DNA of 64,000 nucleotides from Trueperaceae bacterium (GTDB lineage Bacteria; Deinococcota; Deinococci; Deinococcales; Trueperaceae): NCBI GenBank assembly GCA_034520945.1, contig JAXHNB010000005.1, positions 544,001 to 608,000 of the forward strand, read 5' to 3'. Shown piece by piece: positions 62,492 to 64,000 of this stretch (position 1 is its first letter; each line of letters starts with the position of its first letter). The notes under the pieces were generated by a model. It saw only the letters and a program-made list of their open reading frames with translations, ran no database searches and was not told where the DNA came from. The position numbers and the translations under genes were made by a program.

Positions 62492-63175
62492 ATGATCGAA
62501 GACGTCTGCGGGCGGGTCGCGGACTGGGCCGCGCAGAACGGCGGTCAAGACCCAGAAGAGGTCGCGGTGGCGGACCGGCCCTTCACGGACGATCAGGGGC
62601 CCGCCATCGTGGCGTGGCTGTTCGCGATCCGGCCCGGCCCGACCATCCAGGACGACGGCGGACCGGCCTACCGCGCGACCTGCCGCTTCCTGATCACCGC
62701 CGCCGACGCCCGCGCCGAGCGTTGCCACCGCTGGGTCGGCGCCCTGCTCACCGCTGCCATGCAGCACCCCACCTTCGAGGTCGAACCGGACGAGCCGCCC
62801 TTGTCGTTGTGGGAGGCGGCCGGGATGCCCCCGACCGGCGTTCGTCCTGCGCGCCGAGGCGGTCGCCCCCGCGCAGCGGCCGTCGCTGCCACGCGTACGG
62901 TCCCCGATCACTGTCCAGCACGCCACGCTGGAGGCCATGTCCGGCCGAGTGTTCGGGCCCGGCCAGGCGCCGGTGGCGGGGGCGGAGGTCCGATCGGTCG
63001 AGCACGGGCATGCGCACGGACCGACCGGGACGGGAGGTTCCACCTCGCCAGCGTGCCGTCCGGCCACGCGCGCAAACTCGAGGTCCGCGCCGGCGCCGAG
63101 CAGTACGCCGTGACGGCCGAACGCACCGGCCAGGACGAACCGTTGATCATTCACCTCCAGGCGAAGGAGTCATGA
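62492..63175 (+). CDS. Pvc16/DUF4255-like protein with carboxypeptidase-regulatory-like C-terminal domain (eCIS), frameshifted
   Basis: RFLITA..AERCHRWVG, LWEAAGMPP and TDRDGRFHLASVP patterns; directly precedes a tail sheath gene. Confidence 0.65.
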   Translation: MIEDVCGRVADWAAQNGGQDPEEVAVADRPFTDDQGPAIVAWLFAIRPGPTIQDDGGPAYRATCRFLITAADARAERCHRWVGALLTAAMQHPTFEVEPDEPPLSLWEAAGMPPTGVRPARRGGRPRAAAVAATRTVPDHCPARHAGGHVRPSVRARPGAGGGGGGPIGRARACARTDRDGRFHLASVPSGHARKLEVRAGAEQYAVTAERTGQDEPLIIHLQAKES

Positions 63176-63176
63176 C

Positions 63177-64000
63177 ATGCCGACCTATCTGACCCCGGGC
63201 GTGTACGTCGAAGAGGTATCGGGCGGCGCACGCCCCATCGAGCGGGTGGGCACCAGCACCGCGGGATTCGTCGGCGTGCCCATGGGGGCACCGCACCCCG
63301 CGACGAGGCCATGGCCGTCAACGACTGGACCGCGTTCCAGAAGGCGTACGTCGGTGAGGCCACGGGCCCCAGCACGCCCCTGGTGCTGGCGGTGCACGGG
63401 TTCTTCCTCAACGGCGGGGGGCGCTGCTACGTCGCACCCGTCGGCACGTCCGACGCCGTCGCCGGCGGCGGGCAGGGCCTCGACCTGCTGGAGAGCATCG
63501 ACGAGATCGCCATCGTGACGGCCCCCGGCTACGCCGACGCCGCCAGTTACGAGGCGTTGCTGAGCCACTGCGAGAAGCTTGGCGACCGCGTCGCGATCCT
63601 CGACCCCCCGAGGCCGTCAAGCGGCTCGACGCGTTGACCAAGGTCGCCACCGCCCGCCGGGGCTCGGCCTCGGCCAGCGCGTCGGGCGAGGACGACGACA
63701 CCAGCGGCGCGTCGGGCGGCTCGGGCGGTTCGAGCCGCAATCAAGGGTTGCGGCCACGGCAGTCCGATGGCGGCTTCGGGGCGTTCTACTTCCCCGCGTG
63801 TGGGTCCGCGATCCGTTGGCGCCCAACGAAACGGTCGTCTGCGCCCCTCGGGCCACCTGGCCGGCATCTGGTCCCGCAGCGACGCGGCGCGCGGCGTGCA
63901 CAAGGCGCCCGCCAACGAGCCGGTGCGCGGCGCCCTCAACGTGACCTACCGCCTCACCAAGGAGGAGCAGGGCGTGCTGAACCCCGCGGGCGTCAACTGC
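63177..64000 (+). CDS. Contractile tail sheath protein (eCIS/PVC-like), several frameshifts, 3'-truncated by window edge
   Basis: MPTYLTPGVYVEEVSGGARPI, GFFLNGGGRCYV, DRVAILDPP, RGVHKAPANE and EQGVLNPAGVNC motifs. Confidence 0.9.

Overview
This is a very GC-rich bacterial window, most consistent with a Deinococcota (Trueperaceae/Thermus-like) genome, judged from the pilin, TamB and metX/metY style. Scattered single-base frameshifts are probably assembly indels. (1) 1-30.7 kb is housekeeping: S41 protease, ABC exporter, pckA, a ~3,900-codon TamB-like gene with an internal duplication, acyP, trpC, SDR, M16 peptidase pair, Lpt-like genes, CHASE4-GGDEF, rel, LMW-PTP, fructosamine kinase and SRP RNA. 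(2) 31.0-50.4 kb is a type IV pilin/competence-like locus split by a ~13.5-kb nest of mobile DNA. The nest holds a truncated group IIC intron behind a terminator, two IS1634-family pieces, IS3, two IS21, and an IS1111-type IS110 element with visible target guides and a tandemly duplicated right end. It also holds two divergent copies of an apparently mobile two-gene DUF1670-like unit with no recognisable transposase, each fused exactly to one end of the same IS1634. (3) 50.6-55.1 kb is SAM-I riboswitch-metY-metY-metX. (4) 55.1-62.2 kb is an integrase-free pile-up of toxin-antitoxin modules interleaved with repeated 3' ends of metX and relics of the neighbouring degT gene. (5) 62.5-64 kb is the start of an eCIS-like (Pvc16 + tail sheath) locus. 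Family names are by motif recognition only; no searches were run.
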